Assembly: GCA_001786835.1 (NCBI GenBank)
Contig: MFTO01000013.1
Coordinates: forward strand, 1,002-65,001
Reading direction: 5' to 3'
DNA: 64,000 nt
From: Candidatus Nomurabacteria bacterium RIFCSPHIGHO2_01_FULL_40_20
GTDB lineage: Bacteria > Patescibacteriota > Minisyncoccia > Phycocordibacterales > UBA9973
Shown: one piece after another, positions 39,266 to 49,371 of the stretch
Layout of the letters: every line of letters starts with the position of its first letter
How positions within the stretch are numbered: the first letter of the stretch is position 1
Notes under the pieces: generated by a model
Told to the model about the DNA's origin: nothing
Databases searched by the model: none
Seen by the model: only the letters and a program-made list of their open reading frames with translations
Program-made: the position numbers and the translations under genes

Positions 39266-39680
39266 TTCCCCACCAAGTTTTTCGTTCGCCTTTCGCCCAA
39301 GATTTTAATAGTTCTCGTAGGGGTATCGGCAAAAGATTTTTACTTTCAAATTCGGCAGGTGTAATCCAAGTGAAAATCAAATCTTCTTCCATTGGTTTTA
39401 TGTTTTCCGGTTTAAGAACCGAAATATCAAAATAATGCGTAATCTCCCAATGTTTCTCGCCATTTCTCTCCCATGCCTGCTCTATCGCACCCAAATACTC
39501 TTTTACCTCGCAACGAACTCCTGCTTCTTCTAGAATTTCCCGCTTTAGTGCTTCTGGGACACTCTCGCCTTCTTCTACATGCCCACCCAAAAGCGCACAG
39601 TGCCCATCATTTTCAAAAACTAAAAATTTCCCTTCATTCTTTATAATTCCCCGCACCCGCAAGTGCCATTTTGTTTCCAT
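39255..39680 (-). CDS. NUDIX hydrolase
   Basis: The Nudix box GGHVEEGESVPEALKREILEEAGV. Confidence 0.8.
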   Translation of the reverse strand: METKWHLRVRGIIKNEGKFLVFENDGHCALLGGHVEEGESVPEALKREILEEAGVRCEVKEYLGAIEQAWERNGEKHWEITHYFDISVLKPENIKPMEEDLIFTWITPAEFESKNLLPIPLRELLKSWAKGERKTWWGSDM

Positions 39681-39706
39681 GTCCTAAGTATAGCAAAAAC
39701 CCTAAG

Positions 39707-39740
39707 ACAAAATCTATTCTCCTATTCGTACGAATTAGAG
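39707..39740. repeat. Dispersed intergenic repeat, copy 4, upstream of the second Nudix gene: TTCTCCTATTCG-TA-CGAATTAGAGAA
   Basis: Read directly. Confidence 0.75.
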
Positions 39741-39837
39741 AAGATATTCGAGTTCTATAATTAGCTTTAGAGCTAATTCTATATAAAAAAAGAGATCGCT
39801 CGGTTATTCAACCTACTAGATCTCTGTTGTACAGAAA

Positions 39838-40182
39838 TTATTCTTGAACAAAAAAAACTGAAAAATCAACATGTGGCACTTCTACTCCTGAAGGTTTACA
39901 AGTGTCAATATAGTTATTGACGATCATTGCATTCATCCGGATAGTCGAATTAGTCATAGACACAGAAATCCTGCGCTGACTTTTCTTGATGAATCCCACT
40001 TGATTTTCTGTGTCCCGTAATACTTTTTGGTGTATTTCGAGCGCTGTACCAATCTCTTCTTGTGCATTCTTAACCAGTCCTTCTAAAGAAGAAAAAAATA
40101 ATGAAGAAAACTGGATCGCATAATGCTTACGAATGTCCACTAGCTGTTGACTTAAATAAGCTTGAAGTTTTTGAATATCCAT
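39838..40182 (-). CDS. Hypothetical protein (the track start is 40224, but an internal Met is likely)
   Basis: An ORF followed by a hairpin and T7 terminator at about 39790-39837. Confidence 0.3.
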   Translation of the reverse strand: MDIQKLQAYLSQQLVDIRKHYAIQFSSLFFSSLEGLVKNAQEEIGTALEIHQKVLRDTENQVGFIKKSQRRISVSMTNSTIRMNAMIVNNYIDTCKPSGVEVPHVDFSVFFVQE

Positions 40183-40267
40183 ATTAGTGTTTTTAAATGA
40201 ACAAATGAATTTGCATTCTAGCACATAAATACCCTATATGTCAAGGGTAAGATATCGCATTTAACCC

Positions 40268-42529
40268 CTATTTTGCAATACTCACCGCTTCGTCGAAGCG
40301 GACGGAGAGGAGCTTGGAGGCGCCATCGGCGCCGATGGTGACACCGTAAAGAACTCCAGCGCGAGACATAGTCTCGCGGTTGTGGGTGACAACGATGAGC
40401 TGGGATTCGGAAGAAAGTTTCTCTAGCATATCTCCGTATTTGCGCGAGTTCGCTTCATCAAGCGCAGCATCGGTTTCGTCTAATACCAAAAACGGCGGAG
40501 GGTTCACTTGGGTCATTGCAAAGAGTAGCGCGATAGAAGTGAGCGAACGTTCGCCTCCGGAGAGAGATTGAAGCTCTTTGACTTTTTTGTGCGGAAGCGA
40601 GACATTTATCTCTATGCCTTGCTCGGGTTTGGTTTCTTCGTCTTCTAGCGCAATTTCTTCACCCTCTTCATCGGTAATCACTTGCTTGCGTTTTACTTCT
40701 TCTATCACTTTGATATTTCCCGTGCCCCCGCCAAACATGAGCGCAAAAAATTCTTGGAATTCTTTATTTATTTTTTTAACGCCCTCTTGAAATTTTACAT
40801 TTATCTTTTCTTTGAGCTCTGCCATCAAAGTTTCTAAGCCCTCAATACTTTGTTTCAAGTCTTCCAATTCTTTTACTAAAAATTCGTCACGCGCGTTGAC
40901 TTCTTCGTATTCGGCCGTAATGTCATGCTCGCTCCCGAGACCTGAATCCTCAAGCCTGATTTTGAGTTTCTCAATTGCCTTTTTCATTTCTTTTCGATCT
41001 TCCTGCTCAACCCCGGAGGCGTCGCCTCCGGGGTTGCTATAGTCGTTTATTTCTTCTCCCACGAGAACAGTTCCTTCTCGAATTTCGTTTTTAAAAGTTT
41101 CAACGCCAGCCCGCAAGTTTTCCTCGCGCACTTTGTGTAATTCCAAAGCGGAAACTAGTTCCTGATGGCGGACTTTGAGCTCAAATTTCTCGCGCTCCTC
41201 CGCTCTGCTTCGCTCCACGAGCCCACTAATTTCTTTTTTCAAATTCTCGGCAGACTTTGCAAACTCTTCTTCTTTTTTACTAAGCTTTTCTATTTCTCCG
41301 GAAACTTCGTCTTTGGTTTTTTTAAGCTCACGAATCGCGTTCTCGCCTTCTTCGCCTTTGGCGCTTTTTTTCTCGAGAGTTGCGAGCGCCATCCTTATCT
41401 TCTCCAATATTGCGCGCACTTCCGGAATACTCTCGTTCTCTAAGGCCTCTTTAATGTATTCACTTGTCTCGCGCAAAACTTGCCCCACTTCTTCACCCGA
41501 GAATACCACTTCACCTCCGCGGGATTCTTTCCTAGTTTCTTCCGCTTCGAGCATGCCTTCTATTCGCCCGAGCTTGCGCACCAATTCATTCTTTAGTCTC
41601 TCCATATTTGAAACTTCTTGCTCTAAATTTTGAAGTTCTTTTAGTTTGGCGTCTTCCTTTGCCTCGTTCCCCGCGCTTTTACCCGAAATTTCTTTTTCTA
41701 TTTTTGCAATTTCGCTTTTTATTTTTCCGCCCTCGCCTGCAAGCATCTTCCTTTCTTTTTCTAAATACGCATTTTCGGCAAAAAGATATTTTTTATACAA
41801 ATCTAAAAGCTCCACCCGCATATCTTTTACCTTTTGAAATTTCTCCACTTGCTTGCGTAAAAACGCCAAGTGCGGAGCGTTCTCCCGACGTTGGAGCCCC
41901 ACTTCTTTCATATTTTCTTCCGCCCGCTCGAGCTTTCTCTCCGTCTCGCGGATTTTGTATTGATAAATTTTAAGTCCAAGCGCGTCTTCAATCATTTCTT
42001 TGCGCTCTTTGGGATTTGCGTTTAAAATTCTGTCCGCCTCGCCTTGGGAAATGATGTGGTGTCCCGAAGAGCCGATGTGAAGCGAGGCGAGTAATGATTG
42101 GACATCTTTCAAACGCACTTCCTCGCCATTTAGAAGATATTTGTTCACGCCATCCGGATAAACTTCTCGTCCGATAGAAATGGTGTCAAAGTTAACATTC
42201 AAATCCGTGCCATCGTCATTCCACAGTTTAAAAACTCGATCGGAATTGTCGAAATATACAGCGACCGACGCGCGCGAGCCCTTGGGCAATGTCTTGGAGC
42301 CTTTAAATATCAAGTCCGCGCCAAGTTTTCCACGCATGCTCTTCATGGATTGCTCGCCGAGCACAAAGCGAAAGGCTTCTACCACATTTGATTTCCCCGA
42401 GCCGTTGGGACCCACGATGCAGACTATTTTGTTTCCGAATTCTAGCGGAGTTTTCTTGGAAAAAGATTTAAAGCCGTTTAGTTCTATGTGCTTGAGTCTC
42501 ATAAAAGAAAGAAGAGTTAGTCCAGCCAA
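40268..42529 (-). CDS. smc: SMC-family chromosome segregation ATPase (a short 753-aa form)
   Basis: An N-terminal Walker A (CIVGPNGSGKSN), a long coiled coil, and a C-terminal signature plus Walker B (LSGGERSLTSIALLFAM...LVLDETDAALD). Confidence 0.85.
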   Translation of the reverse strand: MAGLTLLSFMRLKHIELNGFKSFSKKTPLEFGNKIVCIVGPNGSGKSNVVEAFRFVLGEQSMKSMRGKLGADLIFKGSKTLPKGSRASVAVYFDNSDRVFKLWNDDGTDLNVNFDTISIGREVYPDGVNKYLLNGEEVRLKDVQSLLASLHIGSSGHHIISQGEADRILNANPKERKEMIEDALGLKIYQYKIRETERKLERAEENMKEVGLQRRENAPHLAFLRKQVEKFQKVKDMRVELLDLYKKYLFAENAYLEKERKMLAGEGGKIKSEIAKIEKEISGKSAGNEAKEDAKLKELQNLEQEVSNMERLKNELVRKLGRIEGMLEAEETRKESRGGEVVFSGEEVGQVLRETSEYIKEALENESIPEVRAILEKIRMALATLEKKSAKGEEGENAIRELKKTKDEVSGEIEKLSKKEEEFAKSAENLKKEISGLVERSRAEEREKFELKVRHQELVSALELHKVREENLRAGVETFKNEIREGTVLVGEEINDYSNPGGDASGVEQEDRKEMKKAIEKLKIRLEDSGLGSEHDITAEYEEVNARDEFLVKELEDLKQSIEGLETLMAELKEKINVKFQEGVKKINKEFQEFFALMFGGGTGNIKVIEEVKRKQVITDEEGEEIALEDEETKPEQGIEINVSLPHKKVKELQSLSGGERSLTSIALLFAMTQVNPPPFLVLDETDAALDEANSRKYGDMLEKLSSESQLIVVTHNRETMSRAGVLYGVTIGADGASKLLSVRFDEAVSIAK

Positions 42530-43284
42530 TTTTTTATTTTTAATGCGTTTTGGGCGGCACTCTGTTCGGCCTCTTGCTTACTCTTGCCCTTGCCTTCGGC
42601 GACAAGTTCGCTTTCAAATAGGATACCCACGGTAAAATGTTTGTCATGGTCAGGACCTACTTCGTGAAGCACTTTGTAGGAAGGGGTGACCCCCACGAAC
42701 TCCTGCGCTTTCTCCTGCACCAAGCTCTTGGCATCGCGCCAGAGCTTTTTGGAAACAATTTCTTCGGTCTTGGTGAGGAGAGTTCCAGAGACAAATTCAT
42801 CTGCCTCGTCATATCCTTGGTCTAGAAAAAGCGCTCCGACATATGCTTCGTAAGTATTCGCCAGGATATACTGCCTGGCTTTACCTGTATCTTTAGCTTC
42901 GCCTTTGGAGAGCAAAAGAAATTCATTCATACCGATTTTGTCCGCCACTTCTGCAATGATGACTGCATTTACCAGCGCCGAACGGAGAGCTGTCAATTCC
43001 CCTTCATTGTGGGTGGGATACTTTTTATATAAAAAGTCGGTGACAATAAGCTCGAGCACTGCGTCGCCTAGAAACTCCAAGCGTTCGTTGTGAGAAAGCC
43101 CGGTATTACCGTTCTCATTGATAAAAGAGCGGTGAATAAAAGCTTGCTTGAGCAGATTTTTATCCTTAAAAGTTATTTTTGTTTTTTTCTCAAAACCTGA
43201 AAAATCTATTGTCTTGTTCATGGCGGTGTTATTTTTGTTTAGAAATAATTTCGACTGCTTTCCCAATAAGCGGAATAATGTCAT
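42517..43284 (-). CDS. rnc: Ribonuclease III
   Basis: HRSFINE...NERLEFLGDAVLELIVTDFLY is the RNase III signature, with a C-terminal dsRBD. Confidence 0.9.
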   Translation of the reverse strand: MTLFRLLGKQSKLFLNKNNTAMNKTIDFSGFEKKTKITFKDKNLLKQAFIHRSFINENGNTGLSHNERLEFLGDAVLELIVTDFLYKKYPTHNEGELTALRSALVNAVIIAEVADKIGMNEFLLLSKGEAKDTGKARQYILANTYEAYVGALFLDQGYDEADEFVSGTLLTKTEEIVSKKLWRDAKSLVQEKAQEFVGVTPSYKVLHEVGPDHDKHFTVGILFESELVAEGKGKSKQEAEQSAAQNALKIKNWLD

Positions 43285-44152
43285 TATAAATGCGAAGTTC
43301 CGGAATCTCCGATAATTGGAACCATTTGGCGCCGTCGAGCCCCCCCGAAGACTCTAAAGTAAGTTCGCGATATTCACTCTCGGCCAGAAAGTAAGAAACT
43401 TGTTTTAGGGTTTTGCCACGCTCGGGGTGCGTTGCCACATACTCATTCTCGCCCAATTTTTTAATAATTGTTATATCAAGGCCGATCTCTTCTTTGATTT
43501 CTCCTATAGTCCCAGTCTCCACATCTTCACCCTCTTCAATATGCCCCTTGGAAAGTGTCCAGTAACCAAAAACATCATGCACTAGGGCAAAATAAGTGAT
43601 GCCATCCTTTTTCGCATAAACCAAAGCTCCCCCCAATTTTTCTTTCGGCAGTTTGGTAATGTCTACCGGTTCTTCTGTCTTTTTCTTTTTGCTGGTTTCT
43701 TCTTTGCCGGGCTCGCCTATTTCTTTATATACCGCCCCCAAAACTCCGTTTACAAATTTGCTGGAATTTTCTCCGCCAAAAGTCTTGGCGAGTTCTATGG
43801 CTTCATTAATCGCCACCTTCGGAGGCACTTGAGTGCGATCGCCGAAAAGGAGCTCGGTCAATCCTATTCGCAAAATATTTCTGTCCACTGCTGAGATTTT
43901 GTCTAGTGGCCAGTCCGGCGCCGCTTTTTCTATAATCTCGTCCACTACTTTTTGCTTTTTCAAAACTTGCTCAGTCAAAGCAAGTACAAAAACATCATCT
44001 TCAAGTCCGGGAGCGAATTCTTTTAAATTTCTATCTAAAACTTTTTTTATTTCTTGGTCATCCCAAGGAGCGCCACTGCGTCCAGCGGGAAAGAAATCCC
44101 ACTCAAAGAGAGTCTGCAGAACTATTGATCTTGAAAGGTGCCTGTTTGCCAT
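43229..44152 (-). CDS. nusB: NusB antitermination factor fused to a C-terminal NUDIX hydrolase domain
   Basis: The N-terminal about 150 aa are NusB-like (RSIVLQTLFEWDF...ILRIGLTELLF...NEAIELAKTFGGENSSKFVNGVLGAV). The C-terminus carries the Nudix box SKGHIEEGEDVETGTIGEIKEEIGL. Confidence 0.8.
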   Translation of the reverse strand: MANRHLSRSIVLQTLFEWDFFPAGRSGAPWDDQEIKKVLDRNLKEFAPGLEDDVFVLALTEQVLKKQKVVDEIIEKAAPDWPLDKISAVDRNILRIGLTELLFGDRTQVPPKVAINEAIELAKTFGGENSSKFVNGVLGAVYKEIGEPGKEETSKKKKTEEPVDITKLPKEKLGGALVYAKKDGITYFALVHDVFGYWTLSKGHIEEGEDVETGTIGEIKEEIGLDITIIKKLGENEYVATHPERGKTLKQVSYFLAESEYRELTLESSGGLDGAKWFQLSEIPELRIYNDIIPLIGKAVEIISKQK

Positions 44153-44241
44153 AATTAGTTTATAAAGTTATAAAGTTGAAAGTTATAAAGTTAATTCGGG
44201 TTTGCGTTTACTTTACGGACTTTATGAACTTGAAGAACTTT

Positions 44242-44505
44242 CTACTTGCTTTCTTCCGCCTTCTTCGCTTTTGCTTTCTTCTGTCCCGACGATTCTGATC
44301 GGGACTCCGATCCCCTCTGGCGTCGGAGCTTCTTTTCTGTCTTTTTTACTAAATCTAAAACTTTTTTACCGTTATAAAAACCGCAGGATGCGCAAACGAT
44401 ATGCCCCGGCTTCTTCGCTCCGCAATTTGAACACTTCATAAAATTGGCGCCCACCAGCGCGTGGTGTGAACGCCTGTTTGCTGTATGCGATTTTGTATGT
44501 CTCAT
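44242..44505 (-). CDS. rpmF: 50S ribosomal protein L32 with a Lys-rich C-terminal tail (the track start is 44517, the probable start is MRHTKS)
   Basis: MRHTKSHTANRRSHHAL...CSNCGAKKPGHIVCASCGFYNGKKV matches the L32 N-terminus and its zinc ribbon. Confidence 0.75.
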   Translation of the reverse strand: MRHTKSHTANRRSHHALVGANFMKCSNCGAKKPGHIVCASCGFYNGKKVLDLVKKTEKKLRRQRGSESRSESSGQKKAKAKKAEESK

Positions 44506-44597
44506 TCGTACTACCATAATGAGTTCAATCTTAGCATATATTTTCTAAATTGCAAAAAAGCTATAAAAACGGAAAAATTTATGATAATATAGGTTTT

Positions 44598-46379
44598 ATG
44601 GACAAAAGAGAGAAAAAGAGCGAAAAATTGCAAAATCAAAGGCACACTTTGGCGCACCTTTTGGCTTCCGCCGTGCTCGAGCTTTATCCGGACACCAAGA
44701 CTACTATTGGTCCCTCGATAGATGACGGTTTTTATTATGATTTTGATTTTTCTTCCCCTATCGGAGACAATGACCTACGGAAGATTGAGAAGAAGATGCG
44801 AGAGAATTTAAAATCTTGGACAGAGTTTACGCATGAAGAAAAGACTGCCGAAGAAGCGAAAGAATATTTTAAAGACAACCTATACAAACTAGAATTAATA
44901 GATGAAGTAGAGCAAAGGCGATCCGCCGACGACAAGGCTTTGGCGGACAAGGAAAAAATTACATTTTATACCTGTGGCAATTTTACCGATTTGTGTCGAG
45001 GTGGACACGTGGAAAACCCGAAAAAAGAAATTGCACCAGATTCTTTCCAACTCGACCGCCTCGCCGGCGCTTATTGGCGCGGAGACGAAAAAAATAAAAT
45101 GCTCACCCGTATTTACGGACTCGCGTTTGATACAAAAGAAGAGCTTTCGGCATACACAATACAGAGAGAAGAAGCTATAAAGAGGGACCACAAAAAGCTG
45201 GGTAGAGAATTAGATATTTTTTTATTTTCGGACTTAGTTGGTAGCGGTCTTCCTCTTTGGACCCCAAAAGGAACATTGATGCGAAATATACTCGACGATT
45301 TCGTTTGGAGCTTAAGAGCTAAATACGGCTATGAAAAAGTAGAAATTCCTCATATTACAAAAAAAGATTTATATATAACTAGCGGACATTGGGATAAATA
45401 TGCGGATGATTTGTTTAGAATCACCACTAGGGAGGGGCACGAATTCGCGATGAAACCTATGAATTGCCCGCATCATACTCAAATCTACAATCGCAAACAA
45501 TGGAGCTATAAAGAGTTACCTCAGCGTTATGCCAGCACTACTATGTGCTACCGCGATGAGCAATCTGGAGAACTTTCGGGACTTTCCCGCGCCAGAGCTT
45601 TTACCCAAGATGATGCTCATGTCTTCTGCAGAATCACAGATGCTAAAGAAGAAATCCAAAAAATTTGGAACATTGTTCATTCTTTTTATGACGCTTTCGG
45701 ACTAGAACTAAAATTGAGATTGTCTCTCCGTGATCCAGCTATTCCGGAAAAATATTTGGGCAATAAAAATCATTGGGACAAAGCAGAGGCTGTGTTAAGA
45801 GAGATTGCAAAAGAAAATAAAATTGAATATTTTGAGGCCATAGGTGAAGCGGCTTTTTATGCCCCCAAACTCGACTTTATGGCAAAAGATTCCATAGGTA
45901 GAGAATGGCAAGTAGCGACTATTCAGCTCGATGTAAATATGCCCGAGCGTTTTGATTTGTATTGTATAAATGAGCGTGGTGAACAAGAACGCATTGTGAT
46001 GATTCACGCCGCTATCATGGGCTCTATTGAAAGATTTTTGTCTATAATAATTGAGCACTACGCGGGCGCCTTCCCTACTTGGCTCGCGCCAGTGCAAGTA
46101 TCTATCGTGCCTGTGCGGGAAAATCATATTGAAGAAGCGCAAAAAGTTTATAATACATTAAAAGAAAATGACATCCGCGTAGAGCTAGAAGATGGTGACG
46201 AATCCCTCGGCAAGCGTATCAATCACGCCAAAGCTCAAAAAATTCCTTACGTCGTAGTCCTAGGCGACAAAGAAGTCTCTTCCGGTACGCTCACCATCGA
46301 AGGCCGAGAATCTAAAACAGAAATGAGCGCTGAGGACTTTCTCGCAAAATTAAAAGAGGAAATAAAAGAGAAAAAATAA
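44598..46379 (+). CDS. thrS: Threonyl-tRNA synthetase lacking the N-terminal TGS domain. The track start is 44550, but the likely start is MDKREK at 44598, preceded by an extended -10 TGATAATAT.
   Basis: HTLAHLLASAV...GPSIDDGFYYDFD (editing domain), CRGGH, class II motifs (FRNE-like, HRAILGSIERF) and a C-terminal anticodon-binding domain. Confidence 0.9.
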   Translation: MDKREKKSEKLQNQRHTLAHLLASAVLELYPDTKTTIGPSIDDGFYYDFDFSSPIGDNDLRKIEKKMRENLKSWTEFTHEEKTAEEAKEYFKDNLYKLELIDEVEQRRSADDKALADKEKITFYTCGNFTDLCRGGHVENPKKEIAPDSFQLDRLAGAYWRGDEKNKMLTRIYGLAFDTKEELSAYTIQREEAIKRDHKKLGRELDIFLFSDLVGSGLPLWTPKGTLMRNILDDFVWSLRAKYGYEKVEIPHITKKDLYITSGHWDKYADDLFRITTREGHEFAMKPMNCPHHTQIYNRKQWSYKELPQRYASTTMCYRDEQSGELSGLSRARAFTQDDAHVFCRITDAKEEIQKIWNIVHSFYDAFGLELKLRLSLRDPAIPEKYLGNKNHWDKAEAVLREIAKENKIEYFEAIGEAAFYAPKLDFMAKDSIGREWQVATIQLDVNMPERFDLYCINERGEQERIVMIHAAIMGSIERFLSIIIEHYAGAFPTWLAPVQVSIVPVRENHIEEAQKVYNTLKENDIRVELEDGDESLGKRINHAKAQKIPYVVVLGDKEVSSGTLTIEGRESKTEMSAEDFLAKLKEEIKEKK

Positions 46380-46684
46380 TGGGAGAAAAATACGAAAAAT
46401 TAGTACGGGACAAAGTTGTTGAAATCCTTAAAGAAAAAGGAATTCCTTATGAGGAAAGAACTGCAACACCTGAGGAAAAAAGTGAAGTTGCTTTTAGAAA
46501 ATTAACGGAAGAGGTTGCTGAATTTTTGGAAGCTAAAAATTTGGAAGAGTTAGCTGATGTAGACCAAGCACTAGACTTAAAAAAAAGTCTGCCGGAATTT
46601 AAGGGTTGGGAAGAAATGAAAGCTAAAAAACTTGCCGAAAAGGGTGGTTTCGAAAAAATGACAATTCTAAAAGGAGAGAAATAG
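46379..46684 (+). CDS. All-alpha NTP pyrophosphohydrolase (MazG/HisE-like house-cleaning enzyme)
   Basis: YEKLVRDKVVEILKEKG is the N-terminus typical of the phosphoribosyl-ATP-PPase-like superfamily. Confidence 0.55.
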   Translation: MGEKYEKLVRDKVVEILKEKGIPYEERTATPEEKSEVAFRKLTEEVAEFLEAKNLEELADVDQALDLKKSLPEFKGWEEMKAKKLAEKGGFEKMTILKGEK

Positions 46685-46713
46685 CCTATATATCAATCTC
46701 TGCAAGTTTATTT

Positions 46714-46983
46714 TTAATAAGTACTTGAAGTTCTTCGTTTGGCTTCGTAAACATAAATTATATTTTCTTTGGAGATAATTTCATAAAAAATCCTATAATT
46801 ACCCACACGCTTTCGCCAAGAATTTTCTTCTCCTTTCATTTTTTGGATATCACCAAAGAAAGGATTTGTAGGTATTTTCTTTATAGCCTCAAAAATACGT
46901 CGAGCATCTGTCTTTGGAACTTTCGCGCAAAATTTATATACAGAATAATCAATTTGTAAAACCCAATTTATTTTTGAACTCAT
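46714..46983 (-). CDS. RelE/ParE-family type II toxin
   Basis: FCAKVPKTDARRIFEAIKKIPTNPFFGDIQKMKGEENSWRKRVGNYRIFYEIISKENIIYVYEAKRR follows the RelE/ParE pattern. Confidence 0.6.
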   Translation of the reverse strand: MSSKINWVLQIDYSVYKFCAKVPKTDARRIFEAIKKIPTNPFFGDIQKMKGEENSWRKRVGNYRIFYEIISKENIIYVYEAKRRTSSTY

Positions 46984-47173
46984 TGAGGGTTAAATAATTT
47001 CCTTTTTTTCTATTTAATTCTGCTCTTTTCAGGGCTTTCTTTTCTGCTAGTGTTGGGATAAATTCTTTTATTTTTTTGAACTCTAAAAAAGACTCATACT
47101 CCCTCTTAGGTACGAGAACTAAATCCCCCATTTTAGCCAAACTCTTTGGAATTACTACATTATAAGTATTCAT
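46949..47173 (-). CDS. Putative antitoxin partner of the RelE/ParE toxin
   Basis: A 74-aa ORF overlapping the toxin start by 35 nt in the typical upstream antitoxin position. Confidence 0.45.
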   Translation of the reverse strand: MNTYNVVIPKSLAKMGDLVLVPKREYESFLEFKKIKEFIPTLAEKKALKRAELNRKKGNYLTLNEFKNKLGFTN

Positions 47174-47197
47174 ATATCTATAATAACATGGCTAATT

Positions 47198-49276
<2,079 letters not shown>

Positions 49277-49371
49277 TTACCCATAAAGTATAGCAATTTT
49301 AACCCGGCTTCGCAAGTCTTTTTTAGCGGAAAAACCTTGATTTTTTAACCTTTTTTCTCTACACTAGATAG

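Noticed and set aside
36003-39837. Possibility that the dispersed palindromic repeats form a CRISPR array
   Set aside because: The repeats are separated by whole genes of 0.3-0.6 kb, not 25-50 bp spacers. The copies are imperfect and sit at promoter-proximal positions, and there are no cas genes nearby.
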